The translations under genes and the position numbers were made by a program. A stretch of DNA of 63,978 nt, the filler included, from Trichomonas gallinae (lineage: Eukaryota): NCBI GenBank assembly GCA_008369845.1. It is 5 parts of 5 records of this genome, joined end to end, with 100 filler letters (N's around TTAATTAATTAA, not from the genome) between each part and the next. Parts side by side here need not be neighbours in the genome. Positions count along the whole stretch, not along the records: positions 55,168 to 63,978 come from MRSU01000448.1; 4 more parts are not named here. One strand, written 5' to 3'. Every line of letters starts with the position of its first letter. The first letter of the stretch is position 1. The notes beneath the pieces are model-generated. The model saw only the letters and a list, made by a program, of their open reading frames with translations, searched no databases and was not told where the DNA came from. Below are positions 55,068 to 63,978 of the stretch, piece by piece.

Positions 55068-55167
55068 NNNNNNNNNNNNNNNNNNNNNNNNNNNNNNNNN
55101 NNNNNNNNNNNTTAATTAATTAANNNNNNNNNNNNNNNNNNNNNNNNNNNNNNNNNNNNNNNNNNNN
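55068..55167. other. Artificial contig linker preceded by a T27 run
   Basis: 44 N + TTAATTAATTAA + 44 N; poly-T at 55041-55067. Confidence 0.98.
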
Positions 55168-55311
55168 ATCCTTCTTTTCAAAGTAAATCTTGCTCATATA
55201 GTCCTATTATATCTATTGGAAAGAATGGAATATCAAAATCTCATATGCAAAATCAGTAACATCATTTACGATCACGTCGAGAATGAAAATTCAAAAAAGA
55301 AAAAAAGCTTG

Positions 55312-55377
55312 GAAAAGTGTCGGAAATGAACCCGCGTCCACTAAAAGGAATATGTCCCACTGAGCTACGCTATTCTC
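55312..55377 (-). pseudogene. Degenerate tRNA / tRNA-derived element
   Basis: Minus strand has A-box TAGCTCAGTGG and B-box-like GGGTTCATTTCC, followed by T7. Acceptor and T stems are mismatched and there is no proper anticodon arm. Confidence 0.6.
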
Positions 55378-55841
55378 GATGTTAAGGTTTTAATATTGAT
55401 ATAAAATTGTCCTAACAATCTGACATGGCCACCGGCTTCGATACGGTTTACCGGCTTCAAAATGGGGTCACTGTTGAAAATAATATATTCACAAATTGAA
55501 CATATTAATCATATTTTGAATCAACATTATCTAAATAGATTATTAAGGGAATCTTTTTCACTTCAAAACTATATCATTAACATGATTTTCTATATTTTAA
55601 TGAATAATTCATATTTTAAAGTGTTTCAAATGTGGATTTGAAATTAGTAGATTTTAAAAGAAACGTTGGAACATTGAGTGACTTTAATTTGAAGAAAATG
55701 TTGAATTCGAAAAATATTTTGTTATAAAATTTGCTAAAAAATCAAATAACAATGAAAAGAAATACACGGCTGCATTTTGATATAACATAAATGATAGATT
55801 TGTTTACAAAATAATTATTACTATTTCTTAAGATATAATTC

Positions 55842-56981
55842 CTATGGGATAAGATCACGAGTAACAGCTTCATCAGCTCCACCAGCTCCACTTCCATAAT
55901 CTGGGAGCTCATTGTAGATGAAACAAGGAAGTTTGATAAATCTGTGATAAATCAAAGTTCCAAGAACGGCAAGCACGAAGCCAACGAGTTCTACAATGGA
56001 GTACTTGTCAATCTGTTCACCTGTAGACTCATTTGCGGAGACATAATAAATCAGGACGGACAAAATCCACACCAAGAAAGGACGAACCATTTCGTACATG
56101 TTCCTGTGGATGGCGGACGTGAAAGAAGTGACGACAATGCCGCAATAGAAGTATAAAGTTGATACAACGAACAAACCGAACAAGCAGAGGCATAGTTTGT
56201 ATGAATACGACAACCTTTCGATGCATATTTTAGAATTCTCGTAAATTCCTACGCCGAAAGACTGTGGTAAAGCGTTGATAATTGGTGTGCATATGCCGAC
56301 ATTCATCAAGAAAACCCAAACGCCTTCAAATGCGGCGACTTCTATTGGCTCAGCAAGTTTATCGTGAGTTAATTCTTCTTCTTGAATTGTTTGGAATGAT
56401 CTGACGCCATGCGAAACAATAACGAGCAGGAAGGAGATGAATAACTGGTAGATTGTCGAATCATTGTTTGCGATTCCGCGGATCATCGTAGCAACACCAG
56501 CGACACAGATACCAGCAACAGTGATGAAAAGGCCGAGCCAATCAACCAAAAACAGTTTCTGGTGTCTATATGTAACTGCGAAGAGTGTTGTGAAAAGAAC
56601 TTGAAAACCATGGAATAATTGCCAGACAGTCGTAGCCATATATATCAGAGCATAGCTCTGAAGAGATATAGATATCAAAAATAGGATGGATGGGATGCTT
56701 ATTGCGCGATAAAGAAAGAATCCGCGTGGCGATTGATCATTTTTGGGCGACGGGCATCTGCAGCGTTTAATAATCGATGGTATGATGAGAAGAGCTAATC
56801 CGAATGAAATAGTTGTATTAATGAACCAAGGATTTTGAAATCCGAGAGTTAATCCGTATTTATACTCGAATTTGAAGTTTAAAATATAGTTATTTAAAAC
56901 CGGGTACACGGAACCAGACGCAAAAAGTAAAACAACATGAAAAACTTTGAAAAATTTACTGTGCGGAATCGCATTCCTCAT
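55842..56981 (-). CDS. DMT-superfamily / SLC35F6-like nucleotide-sugar-transporter-type membrane protein
   Basis: About 10 TM helices; FQNPWF, TVWQLFHGFQVLFT, QTIQEE, AAFEG, SAIHRNMYEMVRPFLVW. Confidence 0.85.
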   Translation of the reverse strand: MRNAIPHSKFFKVFHVVLLFASGSVYPVLNNYILNFKFEYKYGLTLGFQNPWFINTTISFGLALLIIPSIIKRCRCPSPKNDQSPRGFFLYRAISIPSILFLISISLQSYALIYMATTVWQLFHGFQVLFTTLFAVTYRHQKLFLVDWLGLFITVAGICVAGVATMIRGIANNDSTIYQLFISFLLVIVSHGVRSFQTIQEEELTHDKLAEPIEVAAFEGVWVFLMNVGICTPIINALPQSFGVGIYENSKICIERLSYSYKLCLCLFGLFVVSTLYFYCGIVVTSFTSAIHRNMYEMVRPFLVWILSVLIYYVSANESTGEQIDKYSIVELVGFVLAVLGTLIYHRFIKLPCFIYNELPDYGSGAGGADEAVTRDLIP

Positions 56982-57012
56982 TTTTTTTTAGGATAAATCC
57001 GATGCAAAAAGT

Positions 57013-57360
57013 GAGAATTTTACAATGTCAAATTGGCAGATTTTGGCTTATTTATGAACATTACACAGTCAGATTTATATTTTTGAAATATTTACAATGT
57101 CAAAATATCAAATAAAAAAATTCATGAATTTTACAATGTCAGATTGATCATATTGAGAATTTTACAATGTCAGATTGATCATATTGAGAATTTTACAATG
57201 TCAGATTGATCATATTGAGAATTTTACAATGCCAGATTTATATTTTTGAAAAATTTACAATGCCAGATTGATCAGATTGAAAAATTTACAATGTCAGATT
57301 GATCATATTTTAAATTTTACATTATCAAATTTATATTTTTTAAATTTACATTATCAAATC
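57013..57360. repeat. ~31-bp minisatellite, about 11 variant copies
   Basis: Unit GAATTTTACAATGTCAGATTGATCATATTGA, perfect three times from 57126, with degenerate copies on both sides. Confidence 0.93.
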
Positions 57361-57642
57361 GAACAAGTTAGGGCATGGTAAATTTTGTATAACTATTAGT
57401 TATGCAAATCTAATGTCAACTAAGTTAAATCAAGCATTCCGTTGTCTATAAAAAATAATTTTATTTATGAATTGAATTTAAATATAAGAATGAATTTTTA
57501 TGGACGTTTCATATAGTAGAATGCTTTACATGATAATATTTATTGATTATTGTTCTTATTTAGTTGTGAAAAGGTCTAGTTTGGATAGTATTAGTATTAA
57601 AAACAAGCATTTATTAAATTTAAAAATAAACAACATAAAAAT

Positions 57643-60165
57643 CTAAAGAAGGAATCTATCATCAAGCAGTGATTTCTTTGCCAATGTATTCTTAGCAAGG
57701 GTGTAGTACATCTTAACGAGAATGAAGTCAACGATATATACACAAAACGCAGCAATTCCAGGGCTCTTGCAGTGCATTTCTATGCAAGTGAACATAATCA
57801 CGTAGAAGCTGGCCAACTTCCATTCGATTCCACTAAGCAACAGATTAGAATAGGAGGCCTCTGACTCGATAGCCAGTAACGTCGCTTCAGATGCAACAGG
57901 CGTGTATCTCAAAATCTGGTGCATGAAAGACATCGGGATGACCTGGTATTTATCTTCCGACTGGTTATCGAAGAAGCTTCTCAATGTCTGGTTCATGTCT
58001 TCAGCTGCTTTGACTGTCGTTGCCTGTATCATCTTCGCGCGGACCTTGAGGCCTGACAAATGCGCGTCCATGTTGTTCCGCGCGTTTGTGTATTTCTGCA
58101 TCATCTTCTGGTTGAACAAAACTTCGAAGCACTGCTCGTTCGTGTTCGGAAGAAGTCCTCGAGTGCCAACGAGTCCTTTCGCTTCGTCCTCGAGGTTCTC
58201 GTTGAGCTTGGCCATCGTGTCGTCTGAGTGCGTGTGCAGGGAGCGGCCGTGGAGGTAGTGGCCGTGATTTGTAGACTCCATGAGTAGTACGGAAAGATTC
58301 GCGTTTGAGCACAAATCCAAAAAGTTGTAGAACGGGTTTCCGAAGAATCTCCAGCGGATCCAGTAGTTCCATATGTACTGGAAGAAGATGATCGCAACGA
58401 ATAAAGCTGTCGTTAAAGCGATAATTAAAATCTTATAATGGGATCCTGTGTCTAAATACAGTGTTGATGGGATTGGCGATGATAAGTTCACCCAGTCAAA
58501 TCCATTCAGCAAGAAAACAATCGTAATTAACGTGAAAGCAAAATTATAGCTTCTGATTGGGATAATTCTGTTCCACTCATTGGCAACCATGATTCTACGC
58601 CATGTAGATACTGGTGAGCCCTCATTTCTTGGGGCTTCCCAGTCAATAATATGTATATCGTATGTTGATTGTACGTAAACTTCAAGGAAAGACGCAATTA
58701 CTTTGAAGACGAAGGCGACCCACATGATTGGGACGACCTTTTCGTCATAGTCATCCTCCGTGAGCAGCGCTGTGTGCGTAGATTTTTGAAGTTTGAAGAA
58801 ACACCAAATATAGAACGAAAAGACCCAAACAAGAAGGAATAAAACAATTCCGAATATGTTGAAGAATGATGCTAAATACTTCATAATCATCTTACTGTTC
58901 ATTCCACCTTCGCCATTCGTTCTTCCATAGAAGAAGCAGTAAACGAGGAAGTAGCCAAGGCCGAGAATGAGCACAACGAAGAATATAATTGTAATAATAC
59001 GCCAGAAGTTATTGGTTTCGATATAATATTCGACTTGGAATCTAAATGATCTCATGTTGTCGCTAAATGACGGACTTACAATTGTGTCGAATGTGTCTGC
59101 CTCAGTTGTGGTGAGAACTGTGCTGTCTAAAGAGTCGAAAGTTAAGTTGATAAATGGAACTAATAATTTGGAGGTATCATCTGAAGTAACACCGATGTAA
59201 AAGCGAATATGATTTGAGTACTGGAATGTAGTTGCTCTTGACGTGTTATCGTATATGAAAAATCTTCTTCCTGGCGTGATATCACCGAAATCTCTGTATC
59301 TTCCGTTATTTGCGTTATTGCTATCGACGACTGGTATCGGGCGGAGGATAGGATAACCAGCATCTGTAGTTCCATCCTGGAAAAAGATGTCGTAGAGTTC
59401 ATTCGTATGAGTCTCCGTAAACTGATCGATACTGAACAAGCATTTGCTGACGTAGTTGTAGCCGAGGTTCTTCCAGATATGTGCAATATCAATAGATTCG
59501 TGACAGTACTGAAGATCATTGTAAACTTGATGAAAACCTAAAAACTTGCCGTCCACTGAGTATCTCATGAGCCAGATCTTCAAAACCTCACCTAGAGTGA
59601 AGTCACTTGTGAACACATTCTCTGAAATGACCTGATCTAGGTCACCAGTATAAATCAAGAAAATTCCACCATCTGGCCAATACCTGTACCCGTTTTTCTG
59701 CGTGATAGATGATGCAGTGATGAACTGGTAGAACGCCTGGCAGATGCCTTGGCTTTCGTAGTGATTTAATGTGCACGCATTTGCTAAAATTTCGCGTGCT
59801 CTCGAGTCGTAGACGTTATATGTCGCATTTACGTATGCCTCTTGAAGAAGCTGAATGTATGATGCCGAATATCCGGCAGTATATCCTGTAATTGTCGCAT
59901 TTGCAGCAGTAATTTGTGTAGATGTTATGCATCTACCTGCAATTGCTCTTCCACTTGCATTTATACATGCATCTTTTGTCGTTGTTGTGTCAATCCATGC
60001 AGAATCATTCCATTCTAAGTAATATTTATCGACTAATGTGTAATTTTTGGGAATAAGCTCGCATGTGTAGTTGACCATACTCCAGTAGTATCCATCGTTG
60101 CACTCCAAGTTCAAAATAGGAAATTCATCTGCTGCCCTTGATAAAGATAATAACAAAGACAACAT
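57643..60165 (-). CDS. TMEM67: Meckelin (TMEM67/MKS3) homolog, ciliary transition zone
   Basis: Signal peptide, Cys-rich start, IIDWE, VSTWRRIMVANEWN, FLDLCSNANLS, HGHYLHGRSLH, RGL, C-terminal LAKKSLLDDRFLL. Confidence 0.93.
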   Translation of the reverse strand: MLSLLLSLSRAADEFPILNLECNDGYYWSMVNYTCELIPKNYTLVDKYYLEWNDSAWIDTTTTKDACINASGRAIAGRCITSTQITAANATITGYTAGYSASYIQLLQEAYVNATYNVYDSRAREILANACTLNHYESQGICQAFYQFITASSITQKNGYRYWPDGGIFLIYTGDLDQVISENVFTSDFTLGEVLKIWLMRYSVDGKFLGFHQVYNDLQYCHESIDIAHIWKNLGYNYVSKCLFSIDQFTETHTNELYDIFFQDGTTDAGYPILRPIPVVDSNNANNGRYRDFGDITPGRRFFIYDNTSRATTFQYSNHIRFYIGVTSDDTSKLLVPFINLTFDSLDSTVLTTTEADTFDTIVSPSFSDNMRSFRFQVEYYIETNNFWRIITIIFFVVLILGLGYFLVYCFFYGRTNGEGGMNSKMIMKYLASFFNIFGIVLFLLVWVFSFYIWCFFKLQKSTHTALLTEDDYDEKVVPIMWVAFVFKVIASFLEVYVQSTYDIHIIDWEAPRNEGSPVSTWRRIMVANEWNRIIPIRSYNFAFTLITIVFLLNGFDWVNLSSPIPSTLYLDTGSHYKILIIALTTALFVAIIFFQYIWNYWIRWRFFGNPFYNFLDLCSNANLSVLLMESTNHGHYLHGRSLHTHSDDTMAKLNENLEDEAKGLVGTRGLLPNTNEQCFEVLFNQKMMQKYTNARNNMDAHLSGLKVRAKMIQATTVKAAEDMNQTLRSFFDNQSEDKYQVIPMSFMHQILRYTPVASEATLLAIESEASYSNLLLSGIEWKLASFYVIMFTCIEMHCKSPGIAAFCVYIVDFILVKMYYTLAKNTLAKKSLLDDRFLL

Positions 60166-60681
60166 TTTTTTTTGTTATGAATTTTAAAACGGAAATAAAT
60201 GAAATAACTCGATTTTATTTGTGAAATGGATATAGAATACACTAATACTCACTTTTTGCCAATAAACTTGCATAATGTTTTTGATTTTTTCCATAAAATT
60301 TCCGAATTTTCACCAAAGCTTCTTTCTTATATCACCGGATAACATCGTATGCATTGCCATCAAATATACTAGTTAAAAACCACAGCCTGATGTTTTAATT
60401 TTTTTGATAGATGTCACTTTTATTTTGACATTTAATTGTCAAATATGCCATGTAAACTATAAAAATAGATTTCATTTTCTGTAGAAAAGACTCCGCAGCC
60501 AATGACGTTCTAAGTGCTGCTTTACTCATTATATGGCAAGAGGAAAATTACGATATTAAGTTTTGTCACCGTCATGAAGGAGCCGTAATAACTAACATAG
60601 GAGAAATTTTGTTCTTCTATAATAATTCAATGTTTACCAGCCAATGCGCATCCAAGTGCATCAACATTTCGCAAAGATTGT

Positions 60682-61321
60682 TCAATCCAATTGTGTTGGA
60701 TTTCGACTTGGTAATTTGACCTTTTCTAATTTTATAGTTTTCTTCCTTTTAGTAATTTGCCGCCAACTAAGTAAGAACAAAGCTGACATAAACATGTGAA
60801 TTCCAGAGTTAATCACGCATAGAGCTCCGCAAGAAATCAAACTTGATGAATATGTAGAAATAATAATTCTCAAGCACGAGCTTTTATCTGTTTCCGAACA
60901 TTGATCACCAGAGAAATCGTAAACCATCTTAAATTCACAACATCCAATTTATGTTGAAGTGGAGTTAAGTATGCAGAGTTAATATTTGTTGCTTATTTAT
61001 CTTCTAGCTGCGAAAAGAAGAAACCAGGACTTGAAATCCATTGAAGGTCAAATAAAAATTAATAATTGCAGCAATCAAAGAAAATGAACAGCAAATGTAT
61101 AGAAATGGACGAAGTTTCGTAAAGTATATATATAAGAACGACGTTCTAATGCCGAAATAGCAAAAAGAATTGAAGAATGAAAGTAATTGCGTATTTCGAT
61201 TTAAAAAATAAAGACCAGATTTGCAAAGCCAGTCAGTTGTCAGCCATATCGAAAGTATGCTTATTACACTTCCAAATGCTAAAAACATCAAAAATAGAGT
61301 CTGAGTTATTAATATCCTCAT
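60682..61321 (-). pseudogene. Tetraspanin-like pseudogene split by frameshifts and stops
   Basis: ORF 61321-61004 gives TM1-3. Across frames the loop reads SAYLTPLQHKL/GCCEFK...C...C, then TM4 in ORF 60927-60682, matching the tetraspanin QxxLxCCGF pattern. Confidence 0.7.
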
Positions 61322-61894
61322 TCTCTTAAATTTTTACCACCATCACTGTTATTTCATTTTGTTCTCGTTGCATTTATATACTACACTTTTTATTAAACAA
61401 TTTTTGCGCTTTGATTTATCACGAAAATGAATTTTAATTTAATTCAAAATTAAAACACGAAATCGTATCTTTAGTTGCATTTATCTAATTTTACAATGAC
61501 ATGCTGATTGCATTTTAATCATTGATGATCCATGATATTGCAGTTTTAACCTCTTTTCTGAATGTTATCATGAAAATATTCAAGTTGGAAAGTAAAAACA
61601 TAATTATCATGCTATGCGTGTTATATAGTAATGATTTCCAACTTCACTAGTGAAAGTTCATAAACCGGTTAAGATTTTTTTCATCATAAATAATATTTCA
61701 TGATAACTCACAATAATATATTAACGACAACTAATTTTACGAAATACAATTAAATTCAATGATAATTCAGAAAAAATTGAATTATAGTTCAATTTTGAAT
61801 GGAAAAATGAGAATACAAAAATTGGTAAGTAAAAAAGCATTGCTTATATGTAGGCATGATAATTATAGCAATTTGACGTGATAAATTTTCCCAA

Positions 61895-61900
61895 TCACTT
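61895..61900 (+). promoter_or_regulatory. Inr TCACTT
   Basis: Begins 21 nt upstream of ATG 61916 in a pyrimidine-rich context. Confidence 0.7.
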
Positions 61901-61915
61901 CATTTTTTCTCTTTC

Positions 61916-62464
61916 ATGAGCTTGAAGGGTGCTAAGGTCCTCATCATCAACGCTGGCTACCCATACCCAGCTATGGGCGCACAGGGCAGATTCAACGAGA
62001 CACTCGCTGCAGAGGCTGAGAAGGTTCTCAAAACAAAGGGTCACGAAGTCAAGGTTTCCAACCTTCCAAAGGGCTACAAGGTCGAAGAGGAAGTTGAGAA
62101 GTATCTCTGGGCCGATGTCATCATCTTCCAGACACCAACATGGTGGTTCGGTCTTCCAAACCAGGCTAAGGAGTACGTCGAGAGCGTCCTTGGTGCTTAC
62201 ATGGGCTCCAAGGCTGAAAAGGGACCAAAGAAGATCATGGTTTCCGCTACATTCGGTGCTACAGAAGATGCCGTCAAGGATCCAAAGACAGCTTGGGAAG
62301 CTAAGGGTGCTGAGCACACATGGTGGCCACTTTATGCTTCCTATGTCTATGTTGGCTTCACAAAGCTCCCATTCGTTGGATTCCATAACGCATTCTCTAG
62401 ACACTTCAACATTGAAGACCATCTTAACAAGTTACGCGCTCACCTCGATAAGGTTTTCGCTTAA
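61916..62464 (+). CDS. Flavodoxin-fold NAD(P)H:quinone oxidoreductase, MdaB-like
   Basis: VLIINAG...GRFNETL...GHEV...YKVEEEVEKYLWADVIIFQTPTWWFGLP..KEYVESV parallels bacterial MdaB. Strong codon bias. Confidence 0.9.
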   Translation: MSLKGAKVLIINAGYPYPAMGAQGRFNETLAAEAEKVLKTKGHEVKVSNLPKGYKVEEEVEKYLWADVIIFQTPTWWFGLPNQAKEYVESVLGAYMGSKAEKGPKKIMVSATFGATEDAVKDPKTAWEAKGAEHTWWPLYASYVYVGFTKLPFVGFHNAFSRHFNIEDHLNKLRAHLDKVFA

Positions 62465-62909
62465 ACATGAATAAAAATACTATATTTATCTTCTAAATTT
62501 TATTCATTTTCAACTATTTTTCTAAATTACTTATGAAAGTTGATACTAAGTTTATCTCCAGCTATAAAGTATTATACTCTCTTCTCATCAGAAAAAAAAA
62601 ATAATATTGTGAAAACAATAATAAATTAGAGAATTATAATATGATGATTAGCAATAGAAATAATTCATAAGGATTTTTACGATTGAAACATGTTGAACAA
62701 AATACTGTTTCCATAAAAGATCAGAAACATGTCATCTGAATATTGACTCGATCTTGATTTTACAACTCGGGACACGATAACATAATATATAATGGACTCA
62801 TTAGGCTTATTTTACTGAGCGATCAAGAAAGAAGAGGTTAGATTGAGAATTCAAGAATTTTGGCAAGCTGACATGTAAAATCTGTCAAAAAACAAAAATT
62901 GTTGGAGAA

Positions 62910-63389
62910 ATGATGTCAAGTCGTCCTATCAAGGAATATACACGAACAAACATGCTTGTTATCTCTAATCTACCAGAAGGCTGCACTTCTGATCAGTTGT
63001 GGCAACTTTTCTCAATTCTATCTGGATCTGGATTTCTTGCAGTCAAATTCAATAATTCAGAGTCTTGCATTGCTGTTTTCGTTAATCAAGCTCATGCTAG
63101 GCTTGCACAAAAAGCATTAGAGTTTATAATTTTCAAAAATCACATTCTTAATGCAAAAGGCTTTGAAATGCAAATGCCAATGGATTCTGTTATTCCACAA
63201 TTCTTTCAATTTAGAGCACATAGCAAAGCACAGAAGTATGAAGTCTCAAACGCAATTTCTGTGACAAAATCATTGAGAATTTCCCATTCGCAATTAGTTG
63301 ATATAGCCAAGATGCGAAAATCACGCAAAAAGCTAGTAATAGCCGATAAATATGGCTCAGACGATGAAAGTTATGATGCCTTAAGATAA
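62910..63389 (+). CDS. Small RRM-domain protein
   Basis: RNP2-like LVISNLP, then L..LF, degenerate RNP1 CIAVF, and A..A...L. Confidence 0.7.
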   Translation: MMSSRPIKEYTRTNMLVISNLPEGCTSDQLWQLFSILSGSGFLAVKFNNSESCIAVFVNQAHARLAQKALEFIIFKNHILNAKGFEMQMPMDSVIPQFFQFRAHSKAQKYEVSNAISVTKSLRISHSQLVDIAKMRKSRKKLVIADKYGSDDESYDALR

Positions 63390-63893
63390 AGTGTTGATAT
63401 TATTATTAATAAGTAATTTCAAACAAAAAATATTATTATTTCGCCTAAATCTCCACAGTATTTGTCTGCAAGCCATTAAATAATGATTAAATATATCCAA
63501 CATATAATTAATATTGGATATACCAAATGTTTACTTTCCCCAATCATGCACATAGACCAATGAATTGCAAATAATATGTGTGAGTGAGTTTAATGATTAA
63601 GTTTTCAAAATTCAAATACGAAATTTGATATTTATTTAATTAAACGGGCTCAATATATTCATTATGATTATTAATCCCTATTTTTATGAAAATTAGGAGA
63701 AGTCTTTGAACTTGATTTTACATTTTGATCAAACACATTTTTAAAACTGCATATATTGCTTGCCCTATATATAATACGAATAGCTATATCATATATTCAA
63801 AAAATAATCAAAAACCAAAATTATCAATGAAAAAATTTTCAGTTGTTCAAACATAATATATCGCTGATTTAATATAACACAAACATAATATAA

Positions 63894-63977
63894 TTAAGCA
63901 TACTGGACGATGTATTGAGGGATGTAGTAGACATTCAATGTCTCTGCAGCAGGATAGAAAGGTCTCTGATTGGCAGG
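63894..63977 (-). CDS. 3' end of a gene running off the window
   Basis: Codon-biased frame PANQRPFYPAAETLNVYYIPQYIVQYA* followed by AT-rich UTR-like sequence. Confidence 0.5.
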   Translation of the reverse strand, partial: PANQRPFYPAAETLNVYYIPQYIVQYA

Positions 63978-63978
63978 C

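Noticed and set aside
14324..55167. Four identical TTAATTAATTAA palindromes at irregular spacing
   Set aside because: Each is centred in exactly 44+44 Ns, so it is an assembly linker and not biology. Gene neighbourhoods across these gaps cannot be interpreted.
57013..57360. CRISPR-like appearance of the 31-bp array
   Set aside because: The units are head-to-tail with no unique spacers, there are no cas genes, and the context is eukaryotic.
4102..61321. Stop-codon reassignment as an explanation for in-frame stops in relic genes
   Set aside because: All three stop types terminate intact conserved genes here, and long genes have no internal stops, so the standard code applies.
62641..62739. 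Possible C/D snoRNA (ATGATGA...CTGA)
   Set aside because: There is no convincing terminal stem or recognisable rRNA guide, and such boxes occur by chance in AT-rich DNA.

Overview
AT-rich eukaryotic DNA with intronless genes, almost certainly from a trichomonad (Trichomonas-like parabasalid). The evidence is a hydrogenosome-type PFOR, BspA-like LRR and multi-saposin genes, TCACTT initiator elements just before start codons, and stop codons often read as TAAA. The window is five contigs (1-14323, 14424-24342, 24443-42124, 42225-55067, 55168-63978) joined by identical artificial 100-nt linkers (44 N, TTAATTAATTAA, 44 N), so adjacency across gaps is unproven. About 23 likely intact genes are present: surface proteins, a six-domain saposin precursor, two USP deubiquitinases, a GRIP golgin, NOT4, PFOR, a degenerate eIF4A-like protein, GT61, two Gly-rich/Cys-rich surface proteins (one cut by a gap), an ankyrin protein, a kinase, BspA, a membrane lipase, an SLC35-type transporter, meckelin, an MdaB-like flavoprotein and an RRM protein. 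Intergenic DNA holds several decayed genes missed by the ORF track (tetraspanin, two ankyrin relics, EF-hand, a GGAIY beta-helix gene), a tRNA relic, a 31-bp minisatellite, a dispersed ~160-bp repeat and a small inverted-repeat element. There is no CRISPR array, rRNA or intact transposase. I found no single multi-gene novel system. The best leads are the saposin polyprotein, the Gly-rich receptor-like pair, an unrecognised ~110-aa repeat protein, the divergent PFOR, the pseudo-eIF4A and the small structured elements. All family calls come from motif recognition by eye, not from database searches.
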